DNA from: Candidatus Omnitrophota bacterium
Lineage (GTDB): Bacteria > Omnitrophota > Gorgyraeia > Tantalellales > Tantalellaceae
Direction of reading: 5' to 3'
Length of the DNA stretch: 64,000 bases
Assembly (NCBI GenBank): GCA_034723315.1
Contig: JAYEOV010000055.1
Span: 507-64,506 of the forward strand
The notes under the pieces are model-generated. The model saw only the letters and a program-made list of their open reading frames with translations. It made no database searches and had not been told where the DNA came from. The position numbers were made by a program, and so were the translations under genes. Position 1 is the first letter of the stretch. The number at the start of each line of letters is the position of its first letter. Of this stretch, positions 27,476-38,398 are shown piece by piece.

Positions 27476-28135
27476 CTATCCCCTTCTCCTCAACCGAAGC
27501 CGCTCAAAACCGTCTATCGCGGCCCTTATCACGTTTATGGGATTTCGGGAACCGAGACTTTTCGTAAGAATATTCTTGATGCCTGCGGCATCACAAAGAG
27601 CTCTCACCGGCCCACCGGCGATCACCCCCGTTCCGGGTCCCGCGGGTTTCAGCAGCACCTTCGTTGCTTTGAACCTTCCGATAACCTCGTGGGGTATCGT
27701 ATCCCCTCTCATTTTCACTTTAATAAAATTCAGCTTCGCTTTAGCGGCGCCTTTCTTTATCGCCTCGGCAACCTCGTTGGATTTCCCGAAACCTACACCG
27801 ACCTCTCCTTTCCCATCACCGGCGATAACCAGGGCGCTGAACGAAAAGTTCTTGCCGCCCTTAACGACCTTTGCAACCCTGTTTATCTTCACAACGCGTT
27901 CAATGCGCTCGCCTTCAGCCTTCTCTTCGGCTCCCGGCCTCTCAGAAACACCATGAGGTGTTTTACCTTCTTTTCTGGACGCCTCATTTCCGGTCTCAGG
28001 ACCAATTCCCCGTTTGTCTTCGGCTGAAACGGACTCAGCGGCCTCACCGGCGTCCCCGCCGGGATCTTTACCGCCCTTTACGACCGTATTTTCCTTTTTC
28101 TTCGCTTCCAGATCCATTCTTTCCTCGTCAGACAT
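27476..28135 (-). CDS. rpsE: 30S ribosomal protein S5 with ~70-aa N-terminal extension
   Basis: [23 protein letters not shown]; AGGAGG SD precedes the long start. Confidence 0.96.
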   Translation of the reverse strand: MSDEERMDLEAKKKENTVVKGGKDPGGDAGEAAESVSAEDKRGIGPETGNEASRKEGKTPHGVSERPGAEEKAEGERIERVVKINRVAKVVKGGKNFSFSALVIAGDGKGEVGVGFGKSNEVAEAIKKGAAKAKLNFIKVKMRGDTIPHEVIGRFKATKVLLKPAGPGTGVIAGGPVRALCDAAGIKNILTKSLGSRNPINVIRAAIDGFERLRLRRRG

Positions 28136-28149
28136 CTATCCTCCTAAAT

Positions 28150-28445
28150 AATGAGGCCATAACTTATGGAGCCCTTCGACAGGCTCAGGATAAACGGAGC
28201 GACATAAGTTGTAAAGCCGAATTTATGCACAGCTAAATGAGGTCACAACTTATGGAACCCCGGTACTCCGCCCGGGATAAACTCCGTAAACATAAGTTGT
28301 ATGGCCGAATTCCCTGGCCAATTAGAGAAACGCCGATGCCAGGGCCCCTGTAAGTTTAGCGGGGAAGAATAACACGATGTATGCAAATCTAAATGAGACC
28401 TCAATTTAACGAAATGCGGCAAAATTAAGTTGCACTGTCGAATTT
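28150..28445 (+). repeat. Three tandem AATGAG-stem-CGAATT palindromic units with variable loops
   Basis: Units at 28150-28224, 28235-28311 and 28391-28445; an inverted homolog at 53225-53280. Confidence 0.8.
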
Positions 28446-28525
28446 ACCCCGAACCCTGAAAGGGTGCGGGGCTTTGCAAACTAATGATATACAAGCATCA
28501 CCACGCTCGTAAATCATGTGCTTAT

Positions 28526-28891
28526 TTAGAACTTCAGACCGTGCTCCCTGGCCGCGTTCGCCAGAGCTTTTATGGTACCGTGATACCTGTAGCCCCCCCT
28601 GTCGAACGCCACTTTCTTTATACCTTTTTTCCCGGCGACCTTGGCTATCTCCTCCCCCAGCGCAGAGGCAAATTTCATGTTCTTGCGCGTTCCCGATTCC
28701 GTTTTGACCCAGGATGCGGACAACTTTTTCGTCGAAACCCCGCATATGGTCTTGCCCTCCACATCGTCAATTACCTGGACATAAATGTTCTTGTTGCTCT
28801 TGTGCACGCTCATCCTGGGCTGTTCGGAGGTCCCGGAAATCCTTTTTCTTATCGATCTCTTTCGCCTTTCTCTTCTCTGTTTTTTATCCAT
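28526..28891 (-). CDS. rplR: 50S ribosomal protein L18
   Basis: PRMSVHKSNKNIY, VAFDRGGYRYHG. Confidence 0.97.
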   Translation of the reverse strand: MDKKQRRERRKRSIRKRISGTSEQPRMSVHKSNKNIYVQVIDDVEGKTICGVSTKKLSASWVKTESGTRKNMKFASALGEEIAKVAGKKGIKKVAFDRGGYRYHGTIKALANAAREHGLKF

Positions 28892-28953
28892 CTTTTTTTC
28901 TTATCGTATATGTTCCGGCCTTAAAACTACACATTTGATACGCGAGGGCAAAA

Positions 28954-29490
28954 TCAGGCTATGCTCTTGCCCTGCTTCTGCCTCACATACTCTCCCTCGT
29001 ACCTGATTCCCTTACCTTTGTAAGGCTCGGGAGGATAAAAGTTCCTGATCTCGGCCGCTACCTCGCCGACCTTCTGTTTGTCCATCCCTTTAACTACTAT
29101 ATCCGTGGGGCTTGGTGTCTCTATGGTAATATCTTCTGGAGGGGTATAATTGAGGCTATGTGAAAATCCGATGTCAACGACCAGTGTCTTCCCCTTTATC
29201 TGGGACTTATACCCAACCCCCTGGATCTTCAGCTTCTTCTCGAACCCTTCCGTCAGCCCCGTTACCATATTTTGGATAAGGCTCCTCGTGGTGCCGTGCA
29301 AGGCCCTGTGCTCCCTTGAATCCGACGGCCTTTTGACCAGAATCTTTTTGTCTTCTACCACGGCCGTAAAACCATCGGGGATAACATGTTCAAGCGTTTT
29401 TCCCTTGCCTTCTATTTTTACCCTGTTCCCTTCTATGGTTACTTTTATTCCACTCGGGATATCTACAAGGCGCCTTCCAACTCTTGACAT
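28954..29490 (-). CDS. rplF: 50S ribosomal protein L6
   Basis: MSRVGR, HGTTRSL, PEPYKGKGIRY. Confidence 0.98.
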   Translation of the reverse strand: MSRVGRRLVDIPSGIKVTIEGNRVKIEGKGKTLEHVIPDGFTAVVEDKKILVKRPSDSREHRALHGTTRSLIQNMVTGLTEGFEKKLKIQGVGYKSQIKGKTLVVDIGFSHSLNYTPPEDITIETPSPTDIVVKGMDKQKVGEVAAEIRNFYPPEPYKGKGIRYEGEYVRQKQGKSIA

Positions 29491-29514
29491 CTATTTTCTC
29501 TCCTTTAACCTCAG

Positions 29515-29612
29515 ATCCTTCGACTCGGTCGCACAGTTGCTCCCTCGCTCAGAATAAATTCGCACTTATGATTTACTCTCACTATCGTGTTCGTAAATCA
29601 TGTGCTCATTTA
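29515..29612. repeat. CTTCGAC...GCTCAG REP-like unit plus a TAAATGAG...CGAATTTA palindrome overlapping the rpsH stop
   Basis: TCGTAAATCATGTGCTYATTTA is also present at the rplR stop (~28507-28528). Confidence 0.7.
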
Positions 29613-30008
29613 CCAAATCTGACAGAGAAGTTCTCCGCCCAGACCCTGCTCTCTTGCCTCCCTGTCCGTCAACAATCCTTTACTCGTGGAAAGGACCGCT
29701 ATGCCAACCCCCCCCATCACGCTTCTTATTTTTTTCGCGGGAACATACTGCCGCCGGCCGGGTTTTGAGATCTTCTTGAGGTTCTCCATTACCGGTTTTC
29801 CGTCCTCAAGATATTTCAAGTAAATCTTTATCTGGTCCTGCTTGTTATCTTCGATAACAGCATAATTTTCGATAAAACCCTCTTTTTTAGCGATCCCCAT
29901 GATTGATTCGAGGGTGCCGGATCGCTTTATAATAGCGGTTTTTTTACCCGCCATTATGGCGTTCCGTATCACCGTAAGCTGATCCGCGATCAAATCCGTA
30001 ATACTCAT
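29610..30008 (-). CDS. rpsH: 30S ribosomal protein S8
   Basis: DLIADQLTVIRNA, ISKPGRRQY, STSKG, GGEL. Confidence 0.97.
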   Translation of the reverse strand: MSITDLIADQLTVIRNAIMAGKKTAIIKRSGTLESIMGIAKKEGFIENYAVIEDNKQDQIKIYLKYLEDGKPVMENLKKISKPGRRQYVPAKKIRSVMGGVGIAVLSTSKGLLTDREAREQGLGGELLCQIW

Positions 30009-30024
30009 ATATCTTCTCCTCTGT

Positions 30025-30071
30025 TTCGTCGCTCGTGAATCGTACACGGGTCACGAGACACGAGTCACGAA
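30025..30071. repeat. Inverted heptamer-repeat hairpin between rpsN and rpsH
   Basis: TCGTCGC TCGTGAA TCGT ... CACGGGT CACGAGA CACGAGT CACGA. Confidence 0.75.
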
Positions 30072-30072
30072 A

Positions 30073-30258
30073 TTACCAGCTTGCCTTCCTTACCCCGGGA
30101 ATATCACCGCGCGATGCCAGTTCTCTGAAACATATGCGGCACAACTTAAACCTCTTCATGTAACCTTTCTTTCTGCCGCATATCTGGCACCTCGTAATGA
30201 CCCTTGTGCTGAATTTCGGCTCTTTTTTGGATTTCTCTATAAGCCCTTTTTTTGCCAT
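30073..30258 (-). CDS. rpsN: 30S ribosomal protein S14, type Z
   Basis: [25 protein letters not shown]. Confidence 0.97.
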   Translation of the reverse strand: MAKKGLIEKSKKEPKFSTRVITRCQICGRKKGYMKRFKLCRICFRELASRGDIPGVRKASW

Positions 30259-30322
30259 TTTTTACCTGTCTTGCTGTTTGTTTCTGTCCCGCGTTCTGCA
30301 GACCGCAAATGTAACTTAAAAC

Positions 30323-30865
30323 CTATTTTCTTGCAAAAGGCATGCCAAAACCTTGCAGGAGGCTCAAAGCCTCCTCTTTTCCTTCGGCCGTAGTGACAAA
30401 ACATATGTCCATGCCGTGTGTCATGGGTATCTTGTCAAGTTCCAGCTCCGGAAATATCGTTTGCTCCTTTATTCCAAGCGTATAGTTCCCGTGCTGGTCA
30501 AAAGCCGTTCTTGGTACGCCGCGAAAGTCACGGATCCTGGGTATGACGAAATTTATCAACCTGTCCAGGAATTCGTACATCCTCTGCCTGCGCAGCGTCA
30601 CCTTGAAACCCACGGGAACCCCGCTTCTGATCTTGAAGTTGGAGATCGATTTTTTCGCCTTCGCAAGCGCCGGTCTCTGCCCGGTAATGGCCGCAAGCTC
30701 ATCTCTGACCGGCTCGATCAGGTCTTTCTGGTGGGCCATTTCGCCTATCCCCACGTTTATCACGATCTTCTCAAGACGCGGAACATCCATCCTGTTCTTG
30801 TGGCCGAACTTCTTCATTAGATCCGGCACTATGTCTTTTTCATATTCATCTTTAAGTCTTGCCAT
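30323..30865 (-). CDS. rplE: 50S ribosomal protein L5
   Basis: KIVINVGIG, ITGQRP, PRIRDFRG. Confidence 0.98.
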   Translation of the reverse strand: MARLKDEYEKDIVPDLMKKFGHKNRMDVPRLEKIVINVGIGEMAHQKDLIEPVRDELAAITGQRPALAKAKKSISNFKIRSGVPVGFKVTLRRQRMYEFLDRLINFVIPRIRDFRGVPRTAFDQHGNYTLGIKEQTIFPELELDKIPMTHGMDICFVTTAEGKEEALSLLQGFGMPFARK

Positions 30866-30961
30866 ACCTGTCTCTTTCTATTATCTGTGGCCCGTTACCT
30901 GTCGCTCGTGACTCGTATACGAGACACCCTCGGCTTCGCTCGGGGCAGGCGAGTTACGATG

Positions 30962-31273
30962 CTATAATACCTCCCTGCACTTCTTGCAGTAGCGAACCTT
31001 GCTGCCGTCCGCGAGAATATCCACTCCTACCCTCGCAGAGCGGTTGCAGCCCTTACAGACCACGGATAGATTAGCAACAGCTATAGAGGATTCCCTTTGA
31101 ATAATACCTCCCTGCTCGTTCTGTTGCGTCTTTCTCGTGTGTTTTTTCGTAAAATTCACGCCCTGCACTATGGCCCTGTTCCGGCGGGGATTAACCTTAA
31201 GCACCTTTCCGGTCTTCCCCTTGTCTTTCCCCGCGAGAACCTTTACCGTATCGTTCTTTTTTATATGAAGCAT
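30962..31273 (-). CDS. rplX: 50S ribosomal protein L24
   Basis: IKKNDTVKVLAGKDKGKTG, GGII. Confidence 0.97.
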   Translation of the reverse strand: MLHIKKNDTVKVLAGKDKGKTGKVLKVNPRRNRAIVQGVNFTKKHTRKTQQNEQGGIIQRESSIAVANLSVVCKGCNRSARVGVDILADGSKVRYCKKCREVL

Positions 31274-31276
31274 ATG

Positions 31277-31645
31277 TTAGACAACCTCCGGGGCCAGAGA
31301 AATGATCTTCATGAATTTCTTTCTACGAAGTTCGCGTGCCACCGGCCCGAACACGCGCGTCCCGCGCGGATTGCCGTCCTTGTCAATAATGACCACGGCG
31401 TTATGGTCAAATTTGAGAACCGTCCCGTCCTCGCGAAGTATCGGATAGGCCGTCCTGACTATCACTCCCCGCACGACCTCACCTTTTTTTACTTCCGCGG
31501 TCGGGGTGGACTCCTTTATATTGCACGTTATGACATCTCCGATCTCCGCGGTGCGTTTCCCTGATCTCCCGATCACTCCTATCATCGAAGCCCTTTTGGC
31601 ACCGCTGTTATCGGCTACGTCCAAAATACTACCCATAATAAGCAT
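31277..31645 (-). CDS. rplN: 50S ribosomal protein L14
   Basis: [27 protein letters not shown]. Confidence 0.98.
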   Translation of the reverse strand: MLIMGSILDVADNSGAKRASMIGVIGRSGKRTAEIGDVITCNIKESTPTAEVKKGEVVRGVIVRTAYPILREDGTVLKFDHNAVVIIDKDGNPRGTRVFGPVARELRRKKFMKIISLAPEVV

Positions 31646-31650
31646 TATCG

Positions 31651-31917
31651 CTAACCTCTTTGCGCTTTTTCAAGTATCTCCACTATTTTCCAGGGTTTAC
31701 TCCTGGAAATCGGACGGCATTCCATAATCTTTACAAGGTCCCCGACCGATGCCTCGTTCTTTTCGTCGTGCGCCTTTATTTTTTTGCGCTTCTTGACGAA
31801 TTTCTTGTAAAGAGGATGTATCTTGCGTGTCTCCCATCTGACCGTGACGGTTTTGTTCATCTTATCGCTGACCACGGTCCCGATTATGCTTTTCCTGTTA
31901 GATCTTTTGCCCTTCAA
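31651..31917 (-). CDS. rpsQ: 30S ribosomal protein S17
   Basis: [25 protein letters not shown]. Confidence 0.97.
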   Translation of the reverse strand: MKGKRSNRKSIIGTVVSDKMNKTVTVRWETRKIHPLYKKFVKKRKKIKAHDEKNEASVGDLVKIMECRPISRSKPWKIVEILEKAQRG

Positions 31918-32101
31918 CTCTTTTCTCCTTCAGTATAGTGTAACACCTGGCTATATCGCGTCTTAGGAACCGGAACCTGTTCGGCCTTTCCACGCGACCA
32001 GTCGTGATCTCAGATCTCAATTTGAATAACTGTTCCTTTAAAGAAAGCATCAGGTGTTCTATTTCGGCTTCCGTCATGTTCCTTATTTCGCCTGCCTTCA
32101 C
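31898..32101 (-). CDS. rpmC: 50S ribosomal protein L29
   Basis: MKAGEIR, LFKLR, RRDIAR; canonical position. Confidence 0.95.
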   Translation of the reverse strand: MKAGEIRNMTEAEIEHLMLSLKEQLFKLRSEITTGRVERPNRFRFLRRDIARCYTILKEKRVEGQKI

Positions 32102-32514
32102 GTCCTGCCTCCTCTTGATACAAACTTCGTCTTCATGGAAAGTTTATGCGCGGCAAGGCGGAAAGCTTCCCTTGCCATATCGTAAGGAATCCCTTCCATC
32201 TCGAAAATGATCCTTCCCTTTTTCGTCACGGCGACCCATCCGGCCGGAGACCCCTTCCCTTTTCCCATACGCGTTTCAGCGGCTGTCTTTGTCACCGGTT
32301 TGTCGGGAAACACACGGATCCAGAGTTTCCCGGCCCTGCCGGTATGCCTCATAAGGGCAATCCTGGCGGCTTCTATCTGCCTGTCGGACATCCAGGCGGT
32401 TTCCAGCGCCTTCAAACCGAATTCCCCGAAATTCAGGCTGGATGAATAACTCTTCCCCGCGCGCTTTCCTCTCTGCTGTTTTCTGAATTTGACCCTCTTG
32501 GGCATCAAAGCCAT
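32098..32514 (-). CDS. rplP: 50S ribosomal protein L16
   Basis: [23 protein letters not shown]. Confidence 0.98.
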   Translation of the reverse strand: MALMPKRVKFRKQQRGKRAGKSYSSSLNFGEFGLKALETAWMSDRQIEAARIALMRHTGRAGKLWIRVFPDKPVTKTAAETRMGKGKGSPAGWVAVTKKGRIIFEMEGIPYDMAREAFRLAAHKLSMKTKFVSRGGRT

Positions 32515-32521
32515 ATTCGCG

Positions 32522-33232
32522 CTACTCCTCGGTTTTAGTTTCCGCTTTTTCAGATCCGGATTCCCGGTCCTCTTCAGCCTTTTTCGTTTTCGGTCGGGTA
32601 TCGAATTTTTCGCCCTTGTATATCCACACTTTCACCCCGATAATCCCGTAAGCGGTCCTGGCCTCGGTAAAACCATAATCTATATCAGCCCTTATCGTCT
32701 GGAGCGGGATCTTGCCCCACTTGTAACCTTCTGACCTGGCTATCTCTGCCCCCCCAAGCCGTCCCGAACATTTGATCTTGATTCCCTCGCCTCCCGCGTC
32801 CTTGAGCGACTGGATGGCTTTCTTCATCGCACGGCGGAAAGCTATCCTTTTCACAAGCTGGAAAGCTATGCTGTCAGCGACTATTTTCGCATCAAATGCC
32901 GGATTCGGCACCTCCTTAATATCAACAAAAAGCTTGCTCTGGTCGCCTACGATATTCTGAATTTGCTCCTTCAGCATCTCTATCTGTCCGCCCCTGCGTC
33001 CTATTACTATCCCCGGCCGTCCCGAGTAGATCATGACGCGAACACGGTTGCTCGCCCTCTCGATATCAATGTGGGACACCATCGCCCGGGACAGCTCTTT
33101 TTCGACCAGCTTCCTTACTTTCGCGTCCTGTAAAAGCTTTTCCGGGTACTCCTCTTTGTTGGCGTACCAGCGGCTGTTCCAGTCGCGAATAACTCCTATA
33201 CGAAAACTGATCGGATGAACTTTTTGTCCCAT
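32522..33232 (-). CDS. rpsC: 30S ribosomal protein S3
   Basis: [27 protein letters not shown]. Confidence 0.98.
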   Translation of the reverse strand: MGQKVHPISFRIGVIRDWNSRWYANKEEYPEKLLQDAKVRKLVEKELSRAMVSHIDIERASNRVRVMIYSGRPGIVIGRRGGQIEMLKEQIQNIVGDQSKLFVDIKEVPNPAFDAKIVADSIAFQLVKRIAFRRAMKKAIQSLKDAGGEGIKIKCSGRLGGAEIARSEGYKWGKIPLQTIRADIDYGFTEARTAYGIIGVKVWIYKGEKFDTRPKTKKAEEDRESGSEKAETKTEE

Positions 33233-33233
33233 A

Positions 33234-33611
33234 TCATTTGCTCCCTGAGTCTTTCTTCGTGCCCTTTTCGGATGTGATCCTGTCAAGCTCGACATAAATA
33301 TGCGCCGTCCTGTGCCTCACAGGCGTCGCCCGGCCCATCGTCGCCGCTCTGAAACGCGCGAGCATGGGGCCGCCGTCGGCTCTTATTACCGAAATGAACA
33401 CGTCCTTTGAAAGAAGTTTTTCCTGCTTCCCCTGGTTGACGTTCGCAAAGGCTGAACTTAATACCTTCTTTATCGGCACGGATGCCCTTTTATTCACGCT
33501 GTCCAGGATGGAATTCGCCTCTTCCAGTGTCTTTCCTTTTACAAGATCGAGGACCAGCCGGGCTTTCCGTGCCGATATCCTCAAATATTTCGCTTTCGCT
33601 TTCGCAAGCAT
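33234..33611 (-). CDS. rplV: 50S ribosomal protein L22
   Basis: RISARKARLV, SAFAN, DGGP. Confidence 0.96.
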   Translation of the reverse strand: MLAKAKAKYLRISARKARLVLDLVKGKTLEEANSILDSVNKRASVPIKKVLSSAFANVNQGKQEKLLSKDVFISVIRADGGPMLARFRAATMGRATPVRHRTAHIYVELDRITSEKGTKKDSGSK

Positions 33612-33673
33612 TCTCAATTTTCCTTTTCTTTAGAAGCCCTGCGCCTGTTTTCACAGGGATGATAAAAGTCGTA

Positions 33674-33958
33674 CTACGTCTTCTCCATCGACTGCTTTTG
33701 CGCGGCGCCGTGGGACCGAAAAACACGCGTCGGCGCAAACTCACCAAGTTTATGCCCTACCATGTTCTCTGTAATGAACACCGAATGAAAAGTCTTACCG
33801 TTATGCACCGAAATTGTCATCCCCACGAATTCCGGCAACACAACGGACCTCCTCGACCACGTCTTGATCGGTTTCTTGCTGCCGCTGTCCAGTATCTTGT
33901 TCACCTTTTTCATCAGGCTTTTGTCAACAAAAGGGCCTTTTTTGATCGAACGTGACAT
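33674..33958 (-). CDS. rpsS: 30S ribosomal protein S19
   Basis: [30 protein letters not shown]. Confidence 0.98.
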   Translation of the reverse strand: MSRSIKKGPFVDKSLMKKVNKILDSGSKKPIKTWSRRSVVLPEFVGMTISVHNGKTFHSVFITENMVGHKLGEFAPTRVFRSHGAAQKQSMEKT

Positions 33959-34008
33959 AATCCTCTCCTCGCGATATTCGAAATAGCTAATGGCTCACTG
34001 ATGAACCA

Positions 34009-34842
34009 CTAATTTTTCTTTTTTCTCCGCTTTATTATTTTCTTGTCCGATGCCTTGTTCTTTTTCCTTGTTTTCAGACCTTTGGTGATCTTACCCCACG
34101 GGGTAACGGGATGACGACCCCCGGACGATTTGCCTTCCCCTCCGCCCATCGGATGATCTACAGGGTTTTTCGCCACTGCCCTTGTCTTAGGCCTTCTCCC
34201 GATATACCTTGTCCGGCCGGCTTTTCCCAGTGAAATATTTTCATGATCAGGGTTCCCTACCTGCCCCAGGGTAGCGTAACAATCTCCGCTTACCAGGCGG
34301 ACCTCCCCGCTGGGCATACGCAGGTGTATGTCCTTCCCGTCTTTTGCCTCAACTACTGCGCTATTGCCCGCTGAACGGGCGATCTTTGCTCCCCGGCCGG
34401 GTATCATCTCGATGCAATAAACCGAAGAACCAAGAGGAACGTCCCTGAGGGGCATCGAATTCCCCGTCTCTATCTTCACCCCGGAGCCGCAATACACGGT
34501 ACTTTCCAGCTTCAGCCCTATGGGCGCTATAGCGTACGCTTTTTCCCCGTCCTCGTACCGTATTAGAGCGATCCGGGCCGAACGGTTCGGATCGTATTCT
34601 ATTGCCTCAATAACGCCGGAAAGCCCCTTCTTGGAATATCGAAAATCGATAATGCGGTAACGCCTCTTATGCCCTCCCCCTCTGGCTGCTATCGTTCTTC
34701 TGCCGTAATTGTTTCTCCCGCCTTTTTTACGAAGCGCCCGGGTCAATGATTTTTCCGGCTTCGTCTTTGTTATCTCCTTGAAATCCGAACTACTCCCCCA
34801 GCGCCTTCCCGGAGTGACAGCGTTGTATTTTTTCGTTCCCAT
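34009..34842 (-). CDS. rplB: 50S ribosomal protein L2
   Basis: GGGHKRRYR, EYDPNRSA, NPVDHPMGGGEG. Confidence 0.98.
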   Translation of the reverse strand: MGTKKYNAVTPGRRWGSSSDFKEITKTKPEKSLTRALRKKGGRNNYGRRTIAARGGGHKRRYRIIDFRYSKKGLSGVIEAIEYDPNRSARIALIRYEDGEKAYAIAPIGLKLESTVYCGSGVKIETGNSMPLRDVPLGSSVYCIEMIPGRGAKIARSAGNSAVVEAKDGKDIHLRMPSGEVRLVSGDCYATLGQVGNPDHENISLGKAGRTRYIGRRPKTRAVAKNPVDHPMGGGEGKSSGGRHPVTPWGKITKGLKTRKKNKASDKKIIKRRKKKN

Positions 34843-34843
34843 G

Positions 34844-35122
34844 TTATGTAACCTCTATCCTGCTGTCAGGCTTAAGCGTCACAATGGCCTTTTTCCATGA
34901 TGATGTCATCCCCTCGCGGAACCTGACCCTTCTTTTCTTCCCTTTTATGTTCATGACGTGGACCGAATCGACTTTGACCTTGTAAATATCTTCCACGGCC
35001 TTCTTTATCTCTATCTTGTTAGTTTTCTTGTCGACCCTGAAAAGATACTTGTTCTTGGTCAGGAGATCCGCCCCCTTTTCAGTGCGGATCATGTTCTTGA
35101 TAATATCGTGATGCGTTCTCAT
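34844..35122 (-). CDS. rplW: 50S ribosomal protein L23
   Basis: TEK, NKIEIKKAVE, WKKAIVTL. Confidence 0.96.
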   Translation of the reverse strand: MRTHHDIIKNMIRTEKGADLLTKNKYLFRVDKKTNKIEIKKAVEDIYKVKVDSVHVMNIKGKKRRVRFREGMTSSWKKAIVTLKPDSRIEVT

Positions 35123-35787
35123 TTTAATCTCTCAACCACTTTTTCCAGCGCCTCTTTTTCTATCACAAGGCTCTCGTTAAGAAGGACATCCCTGGCGTTT
35201 ATGCTCTTCCCCTCCTTCAGGTTTACGTGCTTAAGGTTTCTGGACGACCTCTTTAAGCCTTCTGTTATACTGTCAACGACTACCAGTGTGCGGCCCTCTG
35301 TTTTCAGCTTCTTCAGAATACCCCTGAATTCTCTCGTCTTGGGATCTATCAGTTCGATCTTTACCACCGCTTTTATCATCTGTTCGAGCAGCCTGGCATT
35401 CAGACTTGAAAGCAGAGCTTTTCTCATGGCTTTTTTCGGCATCGAATACCCGAAATCCCGCGGTTTGGGCCCGAAAATCGTTCCTCCGTGACGCCAGAGC
35501 GGGTTCCTCGATGAACCGAAACGAGCGCGACCAGTCCCCTTCTGTCTCCACGGTTTTGAACCGCCGCCTGATATCTCCGCCCTTGTCTTCGTCGAAGCCG
35601 TGCCCCTGCGGATATTCGCCTCGTACATCTTCTTTACTTCATAAAGCAGAACCATATTCACGTGGCCGTCAAACAATTTCTCATCAAGCTGAATATTGTC
35701 AACGACCTTGCCTTCCAGATCATAAACCGGCAGTTTCGTGCTAAGCTGTTCTTTTTTACTCTTTGTTTCCTTCTTTTTTTCCGCCAT
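35119..35787 (-). CDS. rplD: 50S ribosomal protein L4
   Basis: GTASTKTR, KPWRQKGTGRAR, FGPKPR. Confidence 0.98.
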   Translation of the reverse strand: MAEKKKETKSKKEQLSTKLPVYDLEGKVVDNIQLDEKLFDGHVNMVLLYEVKKMYEANIRRGTASTKTRAEISGGGSKPWRQKGTGRARFGSSRNPLWRHGGTIFGPKPRDFGYSMPKKAMRKALLSSLNARLLEQMIKAVVKIELIDPKTREFRGILKKLKTEGRTLVVVDSITEGLKRSSRNLKHVNLKEGKSINARDVLLNESLVIEKEALEKVVERLK

Positions 35788-36595
35788 TGCCTTTGCTCTT
35801 TACCTCTTCTTCTTTTTTTAAAACTGCCTTCTCCTCTTCTTCCTTTTTCTCATTCTCGTTTTCAGCAGCTCTTTCTTCTTTTACCGGCGCTTTCTGTTCA
35901 ACGCGTTCCTGCCCTTCTTCGGGTGCTTCTTTTGTTTCTTCTGGAACTTCCTCACGCGGCGCTACCGGTTTTTTCTTCGCATACCTCATCACCAGGTACG
36001 AGCCAGTGGCTCCTGGAACAGCTCCTCTTACGATAACGGTGTTACTCTCGCTATAAACATCGATAACCTCAAGATTCTGCACCGTTATCTGCCTGTTGCC
36101 CATGTGCCCCGCACCGCCGTGACCTTTCATAATGCGCGAGGGATACGAACTTGCACCCATCGATCCCGGGGCGCGGTGTGCCATGGAACCGTGGGTCGCT
36201 TTTCCGCCGGACCATCCGCATCTTTTCATGCCGCCCTGGAACCCTTTACCTTTCGATACGCCCATGACGTCAAGTAAATCCCCCTTCTGAAATATCCTGC
36301 AGGTGATCTGGTCACCGATCTTCACCTCTGGCGCCCCCTCGCATCTTATTTCACCGACAAACTTTTTAGGTTTCAGGCCGTTGGCCCTAAGATACTCTCT
36401 CTGAGGTTTTTTCAGGCGTTTCTCCTTCGTGTCCTCGTAACCCATCTGCACAGCGTTGTACCCGTCTTTTTCATCCACCTTAAAGGCCTGCACAAAACAC
36501 GGTCCGGCCTCAATGACCGTGACCGGGATCTTGTTCCCCTCTTCTCCAAAAATCTGGGTCATACCTATTTTTTTTCCCAATAATCCCGAAATCAT
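35756..36595 (-). CDS. rplC: 50S ribosomal protein L3 with E/K-rich C-terminal extension
   Basis: GKKIGMTQ, SKGKGFQG, HRAPGS, GAVPG. Confidence 0.97.
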   Translation of the reverse strand: MISGLLGKKIGMTQIFGEEGNKIPVTVIEAGPCFVQAFKVDEKDGYNAVQMGYEDTKEKRLKKPQREYLRANGLKPKKFVGEIRCEGAPEVKIGDQITCRIFQKGDLLDVMGVSKGKGFQGGMKRCGWSGGKATHGSMAHRAPGSMGASSYPSRIMKGHGGAGHMGNRQITVQNLEVIDVYSESNTVIVRGAVPGATGSYLVMRYAKKKPVAPREEVPEETKEAPEEGQERVEQKAPVKEERAAENENEKKEEEEKAVLKKEEEVKSKGNGGKKEGNKE

Positions 36596-36606
36596 CGCTT
36601 TTGCCT

Positions 36607-36707
36607 CGTTTATTAGTCGTTAGTTCTTTAGTCTTTAGTGAACAGTTATAGTAGGTCACCTTTAAAGGTGACCTACTATCTATTCACTAACGACTAACGA
36701 CTATTCA
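36607..36707. repeat. Inverted heptamer hairpin (TTAGTCN)n/(ACTAACG)n enclosing a perfect palindrome
   Basis: ATAGTAGGTCACCTTTAAAGGTGACCTACTAT lies in the loop. Confidence 0.8.
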
Positions 36708-37025
36708 CTATTTTATCTCTACATCCACGCCCGCAGGAAGGTCCAGTTTCCGCAAAGCGTCTATCGTCTTCGTTGTGGGATCCACAATATCCAGAAGCCG
36801 CTTGTGCGTTTTAATTTCAAACTGCTCCCGGGATTTTTTATCAACGTGAGGTGACCTCAGGACCGTAAAAAGCTCGCGTTTTGTCGGCAAAGGAACGGGT
36901 CCGTTCACCGACGCGCCGGTTTTCTTCACCGTCTCTACGATCTCCTCCATCGACACGTCGAGCAGCTTGTGATCGAACGATTTCAAACGTAATCGTATTT
37001 TTGATGGTTTCGACTTTTTTGCCAT
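36708..37025 (-). CDS. rpsJ: 30S ribosomal protein S10
   Basis: [30 protein letters not shown]. Confidence 0.98.
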   Translation of the reverse strand: MAKKSKPSKIRLRLKSFDHKLLDVSMEEIVETVKKTGASVNGPVPLPTKRELFTVLRSPHVDKKSREQFEIKTHKRLLDIVDPTTKTIDALRKLDLPAGVDVEIK

Positions 37026-37052
37026 GTCTATCCTTACGTATTATCGCCAGGT

Positions 37053-37133
37053 CCGTGTATCGTGGTTCGTGATTTGTGATTCGTGCGGATATAATGCGAA
37101 ACGATTCACGATTCACGATCCACGATCCACGAC
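37053..37133. repeat. Inverted heptamer hairpin downstream of tuf
   Basis: CCGTGTA TCGTGGT TCGTGAT TTGTGAT ... ACGATTC ACGATTC ACGATCC ACGATCC. Confidence 0.8.
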
Positions 37134-38330
<1,197 letters not shown>

Positions 38331-38398
38331 TTTTACCTCCTTAAAATTCGGTATTAACTATGAAATATTAATATTACTGCTAAATTTGGTATAAATAT

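Noticed and set aside
28150-28445. CRISPR/TIGR-like guide array, integron attC array or hammerhead ribozymes
   Set aside because: Loop lengths are irregular and the loops are related hairpins; no RYYYAAC/GTTRRRY ends or cassette ORFs; CTAAATGAG...CGAAT only superficially resembles the hammerhead CUGANGA/GAAA core.
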